A DNA stretch of 41,267 nt from a virus. The notes under the pieces are model-generated. The model was not told where the DNA came from, did not search any database, and saw nothing but the letters and a program-made list of their open reading frames with translations. The position numbers were made by a program, and so were the translations under genes. Location of the stretch: positions 1-41,267 of the IMG/VR virus record IMGVR_UViG_3300045988_070117. The stretch is one strand, 5' to 3'. How positions within the stretch are numbered: position 1 is the stretch's first letter; each line of letters begins with the position of its first letter. Positions 6,228 to 15,495 of the stretch are shown one piece after another.

Positions 6228-7931
6228 ATGCTGACCGCCGATGAGATTGAGAGCCTGCCAATAGGGCTTGAAAAGCAGTTCCGGCAGCTTGAAAAGCGTA
6301 TCATGCGTGATATCATCCGACGGCTGAAAAGCGCCGAAGAGATCACACGTACCGCCGACTGGCAGATATACCGCGCGTCAGAGCTTGGCAAGGCGGCGGA
6401 TGATATCAAAAAAGAAATCACCGAGGCGCTCGGGGCGTCCGACGATGAGGTAAATAAGATTTACACTGACGCGGCGAAGACCGACTGGGCACGGAGTAAA
6501 AAGCTGTACAAGGCAGTCGGGCAAGTGGCTATCGCCTACAAGGACAATGAGCCGCTGAAACAGCTTGTCGCGGCTATCAAAAAGCAGACCGCCGACGAGC
6601 TGAAAAACATCACGCGCACGCTCGGCGTAGCGACGGCAAACAAGGGCAAGATCAAGACTGTCAGTCTGACCGAGTATTACACGGATATGCTTGACGCCGC
6701 CGTGCTGGACATCTCGTCCGGCGCGTTTGACTATAATACGGTGCTACAGCACACCGTCACACAGCTTGCCAACAGCGGCATCCGGACGATCAACTACGAT
6801 TCCGTGTCGAAACGTCCGACATCGGCGCGTATCGACGTCGCCGCCAGACGCGCCGTGATGACCGGCATCGGGCAGCTTACAGCGCAGGTGAGTGAGGACA
6901 ATGCAAATGCTCTCGGTACAGATATGTACGAGGTCAGCGCACATTCGTGCTGCCGTCCGGAGCACGTCGAGTGGCAAGGCGGCTGGTACACGATGGCACA
7001 GCTTAAGTCTGTGTGCGGCTATGGCAAGGTCGACGGACTGAAAGGCGCTAACTGCGGCCACGACTTCTACCCGGTGATTCCCGGCGTCTCGGAACCGTCG
7101 TATACGCCCGAAGAGCTTAAGCAGATGAAAGCCGACGAGGCAGAAAAGCATGAGTACAAGGGCAAGGAATACACGAAGTATGAGGCGTCGCAGAAACAGC
7201 GGCGGCTTGAACGCACTGTAGCGGCTCGGTATCACGCCGTCGACCTTCTCAAAGAGGGCGGCGCGGACGAGAAGAGCATACAGGACGCGAAGATATCCTA
7301 TCAGGCAGTGTCGCAGGAATACACGCGATTCTCCCGCGCTATGGGTTTAACTCCACAACGAGAGAGAATCAACCTCGCGCTCGGCGGGATGGAAGGTCGG
7401 AATAATCCGGCACCGCCGCCGGTGAAGACGGACGCAAAACCTGTGGAAATACCCCTTGACAAATCCGAAAAAAGTGGTATAATAAATACAGAGATGTATC
7501 GGAGGAAAGATTACAAGCCGCGCGAGAATGTAAAGCCTGTATCGGAAAGGGTCTTCAACGATCTTACGATCGAGGCGAAGAAGGATGGCGCGGAAGTGAT
7601 TCGCTGTGAGTACGGCGATTCGCTTTATAAGCATCTTGAAGAGAATAACGCCACTGCTTCCTGCATCGGCGACGTTCTGATTTTCCGTCCGGACGCGACT
7701 GTTTCGGAGGTGCTCGAAGAAACATATCATTTCCAGCAAAATCAGAAAGGAATAAATGCTGACAAAGAGATTATTTTAAGAACCATTCTTAACGAGATCG
7801 ACGCGAAGAAGTTCATTCTTAGGAATGCTAAAAAATACGGTGTTCCGAGAGCCGAAATTGACGAAATCGCATCGCATCTCGAGCAATATACAAAAGAGCT
7901 CGAAGAATACTACAAGAAAGGTAAGGGCTGA
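6228..7931 (+). CDS. Head morphogenesis protein (MuF / SPP1 gp7 family) with an unassigned ~145-aa C-terminal extension
   Basis: The MuF-like core is SAHSCCRPEHVEWQGGWYT...GANCGHDFYPV. It is followed by a Pro-rich linker NNPAPPPVKTDAKP and then an A/T-richer tail. Confidence 0.85.
   Translation: MLTADEIESLPIGLEKQFRQLEKRIMRDIIRRLKSAEEITRTADWQIYRASELGKAADDIKKEITEALGASDDEVNKIYTDAAKTDWARSKKLYKAVGQVAIAYKDNEPLKQLVAAIKKQTADELKNITRTLGVATANKGKIKTVSLTEYYTDMLDAAVLDISSGAFDYNTVLQHTVTQLANSGIRTINYDSVSKRPTSARIDVAARRAVMTGIGQLTAQVSEDNANALGTDMYEVSAHSCCRPEHVEWQGGWYTMAQLKSVCGYGKVDGLKGANCGHDFYPVIPGVSEPSYTPEELKQMKADEAEKHEYKGKEYTKYEASQKQRRLERTVAARYHAVDLLKEGGADEKSIQDAKISYQAVSQEYTRFSRAMGLTPQRERINLALGGMEGRNNPAPPPVKTDAKPVEIPLDKSEKSGIINTEMYRRKDYKPRENVKPVSERVFNDLTIEAKKDGAEVIRCEYGDSLYKHLEENNATASCIGDVLIFRPDATVSEVLEETYHFQQNQKGINADKEIILRTILNEIDAKKFILRNAKKYGVPRAEIDEIASHLEQYTKELEEYYKKGKG
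7456..7483 (+). promoter_or_regulatory. Near-consensus sigma-A-type promoter inside the MuF coding sequence
   Basis: TTGACA (7456-7461), a 16-nt spacer, then TGgTATAAT (7475-7483). An in-frame ATG at 7494 follows. Confidence 0.6.
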
Positions 7932-8125
7932 TGATGAAAATAAAAAGCAGTGTTAATATAGGCAAATACGCGGTTCTAACTTTCGATTCGATACCGCGGG
8001 GATTCAAGAGATTGAAGATTGGCGGTAAGGTCTATGGCGCTATGGTGGCGTATGAGATAGAGAACAGCGTAGCGATTGAAAGCAGTCTTGATTTCAGCGG
8101 CATGGACGCTGAATTTCTCGAGTAA
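7931..8125 (+). CDS. Small hypothetical protein (64 aa), immunity-like position after the MuF C-terminal module
   Basis: The start overlaps the MuF stop (TGATG). A/T-richer than the flanks. Confidence 0.6.
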   Translation: MMKIKSSVNIGKYAVLTFDSIPRGFKRLKIGGKVYGAMVAYEIENSVAIESSLDFSGMDAEFLE

Positions 8126-8176
8126 AGTTTTAACGCTGAACTTAACACTGACTTAGCATTAACTTGCGTTAAAACT
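8126..8176. repeat. Perfect 11-bp inverted repeat (AGTTTTAACGC / GCGTTAAAACT) with a 29-nt loop
   Basis: Arms at 8126-8136 and 8166-8176, directly after the stop codon at 8123-8125. Confidence 0.8.
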
Positions 8177-8187
8177 TAAGTTTATGC

Positions 8188-8231
8188 GCAAGTTATAAGC
8201 AAGTTATAAGCAAGTTACCAGCAAGTTACAA
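8188..8231. repeat. Four tandem 11-bp direct repeats (GCAAGTTATAA-like), iteron-like
   Basis: gcaagttataa, gcaagttataa, gcaagttacca, gcaagttacaa. An inverted half-copy aacttgc lies at 8161-8167. Confidence 0.85.
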
Positions 8232-8241
8232 CTCAATAACT

Positions 8242-8274
8242 ACAGCACTACGGATTCCGTGGTGCTGTTTTTAT
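8242..8274 (+). terminator. Strong intrinsic terminator inside the structural gene block
   Basis: 12-bp stem ACAGCACTACGG/CCGTGGTGCTGT (1 G-U), 3-nt loop, then TTTTTAT. Confidence 0.8.
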
Positions 8275-8359
8275 ATCATTTTCCCCCGCCGGAGGGTATC
8301 TGGCTTACTTTCAGCCGCGGTCGGAGCGGGGTAAAAATCACGAAGAAAGGAAGCACGCA

Positions 8360-8914
8360 ATGAAGAACATTGAAACCATCTTAACGGAGCTCGGAATTCA
8401 GATTCCGGCAGACAAAAAGGACGCCTTTACAGCTCAGTTCGGCGAGAATTACAAAACCGCCGAAGAGACAAACCGTCTCCGCACAGCCCGCGACGACCTT
8501 AAGTCGCAGCTCGACGGCGCGAAAGAACAGCTTAAGTCGTTTGAGGGTATCGACGTCTCCGACCTTAAGTCGCAGATCGCGAAGCTCAACGGCGACCTGA
8601 CCGCGAAGGACAACGAGTACAAGGCGAAGATCGCCGACATGGAATTCTCGGCGGTTCTCGACAGCGCTATCTCCGCGTCTGGCGCGAAGAACTCAAAGGC
8701 AGTCAAGGCTCTGCTCGATGTGGACAAGCTCAGAGCGTCCACCAACCGAGACGCCGACATAAAGTCCGCTCTCGAGGCTTGCAAGACTGATAACGACTAT
8801 CTGTTCACGTCAAACGAGCCCGTCCACAACCCCGTCGCTCCGACAGGTGGCAGCACCGGTTCTGATCCTCTCGCCGCTGTACGCGCGGCAATGGGGCTCG
8901 AGCCGAAAAAGTAA
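8360..8914 (+). CDS. Scaffolding protein (phage GP20-like)
   Basis: Helical, charged 184-aa protein directly before the capsid gene, with a GP20-type N-terminus MKNIETILTELGIQIPADKKDAF. Confidence 0.8.
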   Translation: MKNIETILTELGIQIPADKKDAFTAQFGENYKTAEETNRLRTARDDLKSQLDGAKEQLKSFEGIDVSDLKSQIAKLNGDLTAKDNEYKAKIADMEFSAVLDSAISASGAKNSKAVKALLDVDKLRASTNRDADIKSALEACKTDNDYLFTSNEPVHNPVAPTGGSTGSDPLAAVRAAMGLEPKK

Positions 8915-8930
8915 CAGAAAGGATTAAAAC

Positions 8931-9827
8931 ATGCCAAACTCTATTGAACTCTTTAAGAAATATGTGCCCCTCCTCGATGAGGTGTACAAGCTCTCGTCTC
9001 TCACCTCTGACCTCGACGGCGCGCCTGAACTCGCGCGTCAGGGGCAGAACGTGAATGAACTGATCATTCCGAAGATCGACATGAGCGGGCTTGCGAACTA
9101 CTCTCGCAATGGCGGCTATGTCGACGGCGACGTGACCTTTACCAATGAAACGGTCAAGTGCAACTTCGACCGCGGCAGAAAGTTTACGGTAGACACTCTC
9201 GATAACCTGGAAACTGCAATGATGGCATTCGGTCGCCTCGCGTCCGAGTTTATCAGAACGAAAGTTACCCCCGAGATTGACGCTTTCAGATTCGCAACTC
9301 TCGCGTCCATGTCCGGTATTGGCACGACCGCCGGTGCGGCGCTTTCGACCGGTGCAAACGTCATCACAGCTCTTCGCGACGCTGTGAACACGATGGACGA
9401 GGCTGAGGTTCCTTCGACTGAGCGCTATCTTTACATCACCCCGACCCTTCTCGGACTCGTCCGCGACCTCGATACCACGAAGTCGAAGGAAGTGCTCGAC
9501 GGCTTTGCGAAGATCGTCAAGGTTCCGCAGTCCCGCTTCTACACGGCTATCAAGCAGCTGTCCGGTAAGGTCGAGACCGTTACCAGTGGCTCTGACGACC
9601 AGACCGCGGGCGGCTATAAAAAGGCAGACAGCGCGAAGAACATCAACTTCATGATCATCCACAAGCCCGCCGTCATCCAGTACCAGAAGCACGTCGCGCC
9701 GAAGGTCTTCACCCCCGAGCAGAACCAGGATTCCGACGGATGGATTTTCGGCTATCGTAACGTCGGTATCTCCGACGCTTACGAGAACAAGGTGGCGGGC
9801 ATCTACCTGCACAAAGCAGCGTCGTAA
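8931..9827 (+). CDS. Major capsid protein
   Basis: 298 aa with a strong RBS, positioned after the scaffold gene. Confidence 0.8.
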   Translation: MPNSIELFKKYVPLLDEVYKLSSLTSDLDGAPELARQGQNVNELIIPKIDMSGLANYSRNGGYVDGDVTFTNETVKCNFDRGRKFTVDTLDNLETAMMAFGRLASEFIRTKVTPEIDAFRFATLASMSGIGTTAGAALSTGANVITALRDAVNTMDEAEVPSTERYLYITPTLLGLVRDLDTTKSKEVLDGFAKIVKVPQSRFYTAIKQLSGKVETVTSGSDDQTAGGYKKADSAKNINFMIIHKPAVIQYQKHVAPKVFTPEQNQDSDGWIFGYRNVGISDAYENKVAGIYLHKAAS

Positions 9828-9829
9828 TT

Positions 9830-10189
9830 ATGTGCTGGGCGGACTATGAATACTACCTTGACGCATATCTCGGCGGAAAAGATCCACTGATACCGGCTCA
9901 GGATTTTTACTTCTGGGCGCGTAATGCCGCGGCGCATATTATGGCGTTTACCGGCACTTTGCCCGAAATTGATGATACCGCTAAGCTCTGCTGCTGTGAG
10001 GTGGCAGAGCTTTTATGGCGGCATGATCATAACACGGGTGCTGACGGCGTGACAAGCGAGCGAACCGGAGATTTGTCGGTAACATACGATTCCGGCGAAG
10101 CCCGCGCGTCGGTGCTGTCCTGCCGCGTGCGCGGGTGCGTATACAAGTATTTTGCTGACACAGGACTGCTGTATCGGGGGCTGGATTAA
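9830..10189 (+). CDS. Head-tail connector/adaptor protein (gp6/gp15-like)
   Basis: Assigned by synteny: first small gene after the capsid gene. Confidence 0.6.
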   Translation: MCWADYEYYLDAYLGGKDPLIPAQDFYFWARNAAAHIMAFTGTLPEIDDTAKLCCCEVAELLWRHDHNTGADGVTSERTGDLSVTYDSGEARASVLSCRVRGCVYKYFADTGLLYRGLD

Positions 10190-10549
10190 ATGCTTACGAA
10201 CACAGACTGCACGCTGTACCGGGCGTCAGGCATCGGCTATGAGCGCGTATATATCCCCGCTGTCTTCTGGATGGAATCACGGGGCGCGGCGTTGATGAAG
10301 GGCGCGAACGTCGAGGATGTGGGTATAACAATTTACATCCCTGAGCAGTACGCCGATCTCGCGCCGAAGACGCCGATGAAGGATATGTTTGTCAAGGGCG
10401 AATGTAAAATCGAATTTGATAACACATCCGAAAAAATGGTATCCGAGAGTATGCGCGACCTACGGAATTATTTACCGGCTGTTGTAAAAGCTGTGGATAA
10501 TAAACTGTATGGCACGGCGCTTCGGCACATCAAGGTGACTGCGGTATGA
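10190..10549 (+). CDS. Head closure / head-tail joining protein
   Basis: Assigned by synteny only. Confidence 0.55.
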   Translation: MLTNTDCTLYRASGIGYERVYIPAVFWMESRGAALMKGANVEDVGITIYIPEQYADLAPKTPMKDMFVKGECKIEFDNTSEKMVSESMRDLRNYLPAVVKAVDNKLYGTALRHIKVTAV

Positions 10550-10998
10550 ATCAGCCGAAAGACCATGCAGACGGCGGGTTCAGTTTCTTATGGAACCCGA
10601 ACTTCGCGAAAGCGACGAATGAGGACTTCCATAGAGCACAGCGTTTCGTCGACAGCGAGTGTATCCGCTATATGGACAAATATACGCCTATGCGCACCGG
10701 AGCGCTGATTCGTTCCGCGACACTCGGTACGAAAATCGGCTCCGGGCGCATCGTGTATAATTCACCGTATGCACGATACCAGTACTACGGCGAAATATAC
10801 GGACCCAACATCCCGATATACAAAGACGGTGAACTTATGGGATGGCGTTCGCCGCCGAAGAAATCGCCGACCGGGCGCGAAATCACCTACTCTCAAGACA
10901 AACACCCGAACGCTCAAAAGCTCTGGTTTGAGGCAATGAAATCCGAGAAAGGTGACGCCATAAGACGCGGTGCACAGAAAATCGCAGGAGGCGGCTAA
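10546..10998 (+). CDS. HK97 gp10-like minor head/tail-joining protein
   Basis: The motif YTPMRTGALIRS...IVYNSPYARYQYYG is typical of the gp10 family. ATGA-coupled. Confidence 0.65.
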   Translation: MNQPKDHADGGFSFLWNPNFAKATNEDFHRAQRFVDSECIRYMDKYTPMRTGALIRSATLGTKIGSGRIVYNSPYARYQYYGEIYGPNIPIYKDGELMGWRSPPKKSPTGREITYSQDKHPNAQKLWFEAMKSEKGDAIRRGAQKIAGGG

Positions 10999-11438
10999 TG
11001 AACATCATAGAAGCAACGCGGGAACTAATCGCTGAGTTTCCCCGGATATCTGAGATCGGAACCGTACACATCGAGTTTGCCGCGCTCGCGCCCGACAGTT
11101 ATTCGCTCTCGTCAGCCGGAGACGAATTGCTGAGGGAAGATATTTGTGGAAATCAGGTACGGCAACACACGTTTTACTTTTACAGCGTGTGGCAGTCACT
11201 TAATGATTTCGACCGTTTGAACAACTCCGGAGCCCTTCTCGACCTCGCGCAATACCTCGGAAGGCACGGACGCGGTACGGAGATAACGGCGGAAATTGAC
11301 GGCAAGGAATATCCCGGAGAGATTACGAAAATTACATCGGCAAACGGTATGCTGTACGAGATACCGACCGGCTTAAACGGCGGCGTGCGGTATCAGTTAC
11401 AGCTTATCGCGGAGTACAAAATTTACATGGAGGAATAA
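10998..11438 (+). CDS. Tail completion/terminator-like protein
   Basis: Assigned by synteny, immediately before the tail tube gene. Confidence 0.55.
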   Translation: MNIIEATRELIAEFPRISEIGTVHIEFAALAPDSYSLSSAGDELLREDICGNQVRQHTFYFYSVWQSLNDFDRLNNSGALLDLAQYLGRHGRGTEITAEIDGKEYPGEITKITSANGMLYEIPTGLNGGVRYQLQLIAEYKIYMEE

Positions 11439-11441
11439 TCA

Positions 11442-11948
11442 ATGGCAGCAACAGTTGCAACCGGCGAGAAGATTGAGAGAAAATATCTCGCTCACTACCT
11501 GAACGCTACGCCGGGTACTGAATCCGAGACCTACGAGAAAATCGGTCAGGACCTCGAAGAGTTTACTATCAACATGAACGCGGATATCGAGACCAACCAC
11601 AATATTTGGGGCGAAGTCTCAATTAATCTTAAGGGTTACGAGCCGGACGCGTCGGCAGAGCCATACTACGCGCGTAAGGGCACAAAGCTTTTCGACTACT
11701 TGCAGAACATCATCGACAATCGCTTGACCGGAAGCAAGGTTGAGACCGACTATGTGGAAGTTCAGACGTGGGATGAAGCGACGACCGGTAAGTATACAGC
11801 GTATAAGGAGACTGTTATTGTCGAAGTCCCGTCCTATGGCGGAGACTACGGCGGATATCAGATTCCGTTCACGCTGCATTTTTGCGGCGACCGCGTGAAA
11901 GGCAAGTTCGACCCGTCCACAAAGACATTCACCGCCGACGCGGCATGA
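11442..11948 (+). CDS. Major tail (tube) protein
   Basis: 168 aa with a strong RBS, positioned before the chaperone genes and the tape measure. Confidence 0.7.
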   Translation: MAATVATGEKIERKYLAHYLNATPGTESETYEKIGQDLEEFTINMNADIETNHNIWGEVSINLKGYEPDASAEPYYARKGTKLFDYLQNIIDNRLTGSKVETDYVEVQTWDEATTGKYTAYKETVIVEVPSYGGDYGGYQIPFTLHFCGDRVKGKFDPSTKTFTADAA

Positions 11949-11956
11949 GGTGACGC

Positions 11957-12352
11957 ATGAAAAGCTTGAATTTCGATTCCGGCGTCAAGGAATACGAGAT
12001 CAACGGGGACCCGAACAGGGTCCTCCGTATCAATCCGTCCGACATCGGAATCATCGAACGTATCAACAAAGCAAAAGACGCGCTTGACGAGCTGCATATC
12101 ACGCCGGATATTGACGGTATGGTGGAGCTTGATAAGGTCGTCCGCGCACAGATCGACGAGATCTTCGGCGTCGGTTCGTCCGACACCATTTTCGGCGAGA
12201 CCAACAGCGCGTCTTTCGCGGGCGGTCAGCCAATATTCGCGAATTTCCTCGAGTGCATAGCGCCTGAAATTACGCGTGTAATCGAAGAAGAGAAAAAGAA
12301 ATCTGCGACGAAGATTAAAAAGTACACGTCGCAGGTCGAAAACCTGAAATGA
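11957..12352 (+). CDS. Tail assembly chaperone
   Basis: Assigned by synteny. Lys-rich C-terminus. Confidence 0.6.
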   Translation: MKSLNFDSGVKEYEINGDPNRVLRINPSDIGIIERINKAKDALDELHITPDIDGMVELDKVVRAQIDEIFGVGSSDTIFGETNSASFAGGQPIFANFLECIAPEITRVIEEEKKKSATKIKKYTSQVENLK

Positions 12353-12891
12353 TCGGGCTTCCGACGTCGCTGAATGTCGCGGGTGAAGAATATCCGATAA
12401 GAACCGATTATCGCGTGATTCTGACGATCTTTGCGGCATTCAGCGACCCGAACATGAACGACCGGGAGAAGATCACCACTTGCCTGAACTGCCTGTATAA
12501 GGTCATTCCCGAAGACACCGAAGGGGCAATGAAACAGGCAATGTGGTTTATAGACGGCGCGGAGCTTCCGGGCAACGGTCCGTCTGTGCGTCTGATGGAC
12601 TGGGAGCAGGACGAAGGCATGATCTTCGCCGCCGTGAACCGCGTCGCCGGGAAGGAAATAAGAGCTGTGGAGTATCTGCATTGGTGGACATTCCTCGGCC
12701 TTTTTTATGAAATCGGCGAAGGACGTTTCGCGACTGTCGTCGGCATCCGGTCGAAGATGGCGAAGGGTAAGCAGCTTACCAAAGAAGAACGCGAACTTCT
12801 TCGCGATAACGGCGATACGATTAAATTAAAAACCCGGTACTCAGATGAGGAAATTGAGGAACAGGAAAGACTTAAAGCGATATTTACGTGA
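12349..12891 (+). CDS. Bacteriophage Gp15-like tail assembly protein
   Basis: Begins MIGLPTSLNVAGEEYPIRTDYRVILTIFAAFSD, like Gp15-family proteins located before tape measures. Confidence 0.6.
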   Translation: MIGLPTSLNVAGEEYPIRTDYRVILTIFAAFSDPNMNDREKITTCLNCLYKVIPEDTEGAMKQAMWFIDGAELPGNGPSVRLMDWEQDEGMIFAAVNRVAGKEIRAVEYLHWWTFLGLFYEIGEGRFATVVGIRSKMAKGKQLTKEERELLRDNGDTIKLKTRYSDEEIEEQERLKAIFT

Positions 12892-12903
12892 GGTGGTGGC
12901 TGA

Positions 12904-15495
12904 ATGGCTGTCGATGGAAGCCTGAATTTTGATACGAAAATCGATTCCAAGGGCTTCGACAAAGGCGTAAAAAATATAAATTCTTCGGTGTCTCAGCTGT
13001 CAGGCAAGCTCGGGACGCTTAAAACAAAAATCGCCGCCGCCTTCTCGGTCGCGGCTATAGTGGCATTTGGCAAGAAAGCGCTTGAAACCGCCGCGTCAGT
13101 CAACGCCGCGAACAGCGCTATGTCGCAGACCTTCGGCGAGCTCGAAGGAGCAGCTTCGGCTGCTATTTCCCGCGTTGCTAATGAAAGCGGCATCCTCGAG
13201 ACGCGGTTGAAATCCATAGCGACAGGAATCTACGCTTTCGCGAAGACATCCGGCATGGATTCAGCGTCGGCTCTCGGCATGATGAAAGAGGCGCTGCAAG
13301 TCGCGGCGGACAGCGCGGCGTATTACGACAGGTCACTCGAAGACACGTCTGAGACGCTGAAATCCTTCCTCAAAGGCAACTACGCGAACGACGCCGCTCT
13401 CGGACTATCCGCGACGGAGTACACACGAAACGCCGCGGCAATGAAGCTGTACGGGAAATCGTTTCAGAATCTCTCTGAGGCTCAGAAGCAGCTCACGCTC
13501 CTCCAGATGGTCAAGGACGCGAACGATCTCTCCGGCGCGACCGGGCAGGCGGCACGTGAAGCTGACGGGTGGGAGAACGTCATCGGAAACCTGAAAGAGG
13601 CATGGAAGCAGCTCATCGCGGTCATCGGTCAGCCGGTGCTTAAGCTGGCAATACCCGTGGTTCAGTCCATGACGGCGGCATTACAGCGTATGACAGAGGT
13701 CGCAAACGCCGCATGGCGGGCTTTACAGAAGATCTTCGGATGGGAAGACGCCGACGCGATAAAGTCCGCGACAAAGGCGCAGGAACAGCTCACAAGCGCT
13801 GTGGAGGAAACCTCAGACGCGCAGAAGGGCGCTCTTGCTGGTTTTGATGAAATCCAGACTTTGAGTGACAAGACCGCCGAAACAGCGACCGCGAGCGCCG
13901 GAGCGGATACGCCCGTCGAGGACCTCGCGAATATCGCGGATAAGGACGGCGGGAAGATACCGCTTGAATTCGACACCTCCGGCATTGAAGGCGCCGTCAA
14001 GACAATTCAGACCGCGGTCGGACGTATAAAAGCGATTTTAAGCTCATTGGCAAGGTGGGCAGAAACCACTATAAAACCACAGTTCGGCAAGCTATTCGAC
14101 GCGATTACACCGGCTCTCCCGGCAATCCAGACGAAGGTACAGGAAGCGTTCTCCGGGCTGTCCGGAATCGCGTCTCAGGCTTTTGCGGGGCTGAAAACGA
14201 ACATAGAAAAAATCTTCGCGAATGTCGGCACACTCGCCGCTCCACTCGGGAATTATTTCACGGTACAGCTTCCGGAACTAATTTCGGCGGGAATCACGTC
14301 AATCGGAACGATTCTGCTCGGACTGTTTGATACGTTCAATCTGATTTTCGGGGACATTCTCGGTATTGCTCAGACATTTTCGGAAGGATTACTGAGCACT
14401 GTTTTGCCGACGCTGACTGAAATCGGTACGGAATCGGTGACTACGGTAACACAGGTATTCGAAGATGTCAAAGATATCTTTGATTCTGTATGGTCAGAAG
14501 GTATCGCGCCGTTTTTCAAACGGTTAATAAAATACTGGAACGAAGCGTGGGATTCGGTAAAGGCGGCGTGGAAAGAACACGGGGCACCAATCTTCGAAGG
14601 CATCCGCGAAGCGTTCAAGAACCTGACTGAACGGATAAAAAATCTGTGGGAGGGGCTGTTAAAGCCTGTCTGGCAGAACTTTATGGATACGCTCGACTGG
14701 TTGTGGGAACAGCACATAAAACCTGTCTGGGATAAGATACTCGAATTTGTCGCAGTGCTAATCGAGAACGCCACGAAAATTTACAATCAGGTTATAAGCC
14801 CAATCGTAAAGTGGCTGCAAGAAACACTGTATCCGATAATCGTCACGGTGATTAATACGATCTGGAATGTAGTCAGCGAAGTTATCGGATTTATCGTTGA
14901 TATCATCGGAACGATCATTGACGCTTGCAAAGGCGTCGCAGACTTTTTGACTGGCGTATTCACGCACGACTGGCAACAGGCTTTTGATGGACTGCAAGAA
15001 ATATCTGATAGCTTCGTCAACGCCGGAATAGCTCTGTTTGAGGGCGCTGTAAACATTATTGTAGACCTGATAAACGGACTGCTGGAATATGTTGTTGTGG
15101 GCATTAACACGGTCATCAAAGCACTGAATTCAATCAGCTTCGATGTTCCTGATTGGGTGCCGTTCGTGGGCGGAAAGCATTTCGGTATTAATTTGTCGCC
15201 ACTCACGGCGCCAAAATTGCCGAAGCTCTCAATTCCTCGTCTGGCAACCGGCGCGGTCATCCCGCCGAACCGCGAATTTCTCGCCGTCCTCGGAGATCAG
15301 AAGCAGGGTACGAACGTCGAAGCGCCGCTGGAGACCATCAAACAGGCTTTCCGCGAAGCTCTCGCGGAATCCGGAAGCTCGGGCAGGCAGATGACCGTCG
15401 TGCTGCAAGTCGGTCGGCGTGAACTCGCGCGTACAATCGTCGAGCTGAGCCGGGAGGAGCAGCAGCGTGTGGGAATGAGGATAAGAACCGTATGA
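12904..15495 (+). CDS. Tail tape measure protein
   Basis: 863 aa, Ala/Gly-rich and helical with hydrophobic segments. It is the longest gene in the window and sits downstream of the chaperones. Confidence 0.9.
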   Translation: MAVDGSLNFDTKIDSKGFDKGVKNINSSVSQLSGKLGTLKTKIAAAFSVAAIVAFGKKALETAASVNAANSAMSQTFGELEGAASAAISRVANESGILETRLKSIATGIYAFAKTSGMDSASALGMMKEALQVAADSAAYYDRSLEDTSETLKSFLKGNYANDAALGLSATEYTRNAAAMKLYGKSFQNLSEAQKQLTLLQMVKDANDLSGATGQAAREADGWENVIGNLKEAWKQLIAVIGQPVLKLAIPVVQSMTAALQRMTEVANAAWRALQKIFGWEDADAIKSATKAQEQLTSAVEETSDAQKGALAGFDEIQTLSDKTAETATASAGADTPVEDLANIADKDGGKIPLEFDTSGIEGAVKTIQTAVGRIKAILSSLARWAETTIKPQFGKLFDAITPALPAIQTKVQEAFSGLSGIASQAFAGLKTNIEKIFANVGTLAAPLGNYFTVQLPELISAGITSIGTILLGLFDTFNLIFGDILGIAQTFSEGLLSTVLPTLTEIGTESVTTVTQVFEDVKDIFDSVWSEGIAPFFKRLIKYWNEAWDSVKAAWKEHGAPIFEGIREAFKNLTERIKNLWEGLLKPVWQNFMDTLDWLWEQHIKPVWDKILEFVAVLIENATKIYNQVISPIVKWLQETLYPIIVTVINTIWNVVSEVIGFIVDIIGTIIDACKGVADFLTGVFTHDWQQAFDGLQEISDSFVNAGIALFEGAVNIIVDLINGLLEYVVVGINTVIKALNSISFDVPDWVPFVGGKHFGINLSPLTAPKLPKLSIPRLATGAVIPPNREFLAVLGDQKQGTNVEAPLETIKQAFREALAESGSSGRQMTVVLQVGRRELARTIVELSREEQQRVGMRIRTV

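Noticed and set aside
8188-8231. Possible CRISPR array
   Set aside because: The repeats are only 11 bp and directly abutting with no spacers. This is not CRISPR architecture.
8805-9812. 335-aa minus-strand ORF opposite the major capsid gene
   Set aside because: It is a shadow ORF of a well-supported structural gene, with no RBS context and an Arg/Val/Asp-rich composition.
11957-12891. Programmed -1 frameshift between the two tail chaperone ORFs
   Set aside because: The second ORF has its own ATG overlapping the first stop (ATGA). I could not identify a convincing slippery heptamer, so separate translation is simpler.
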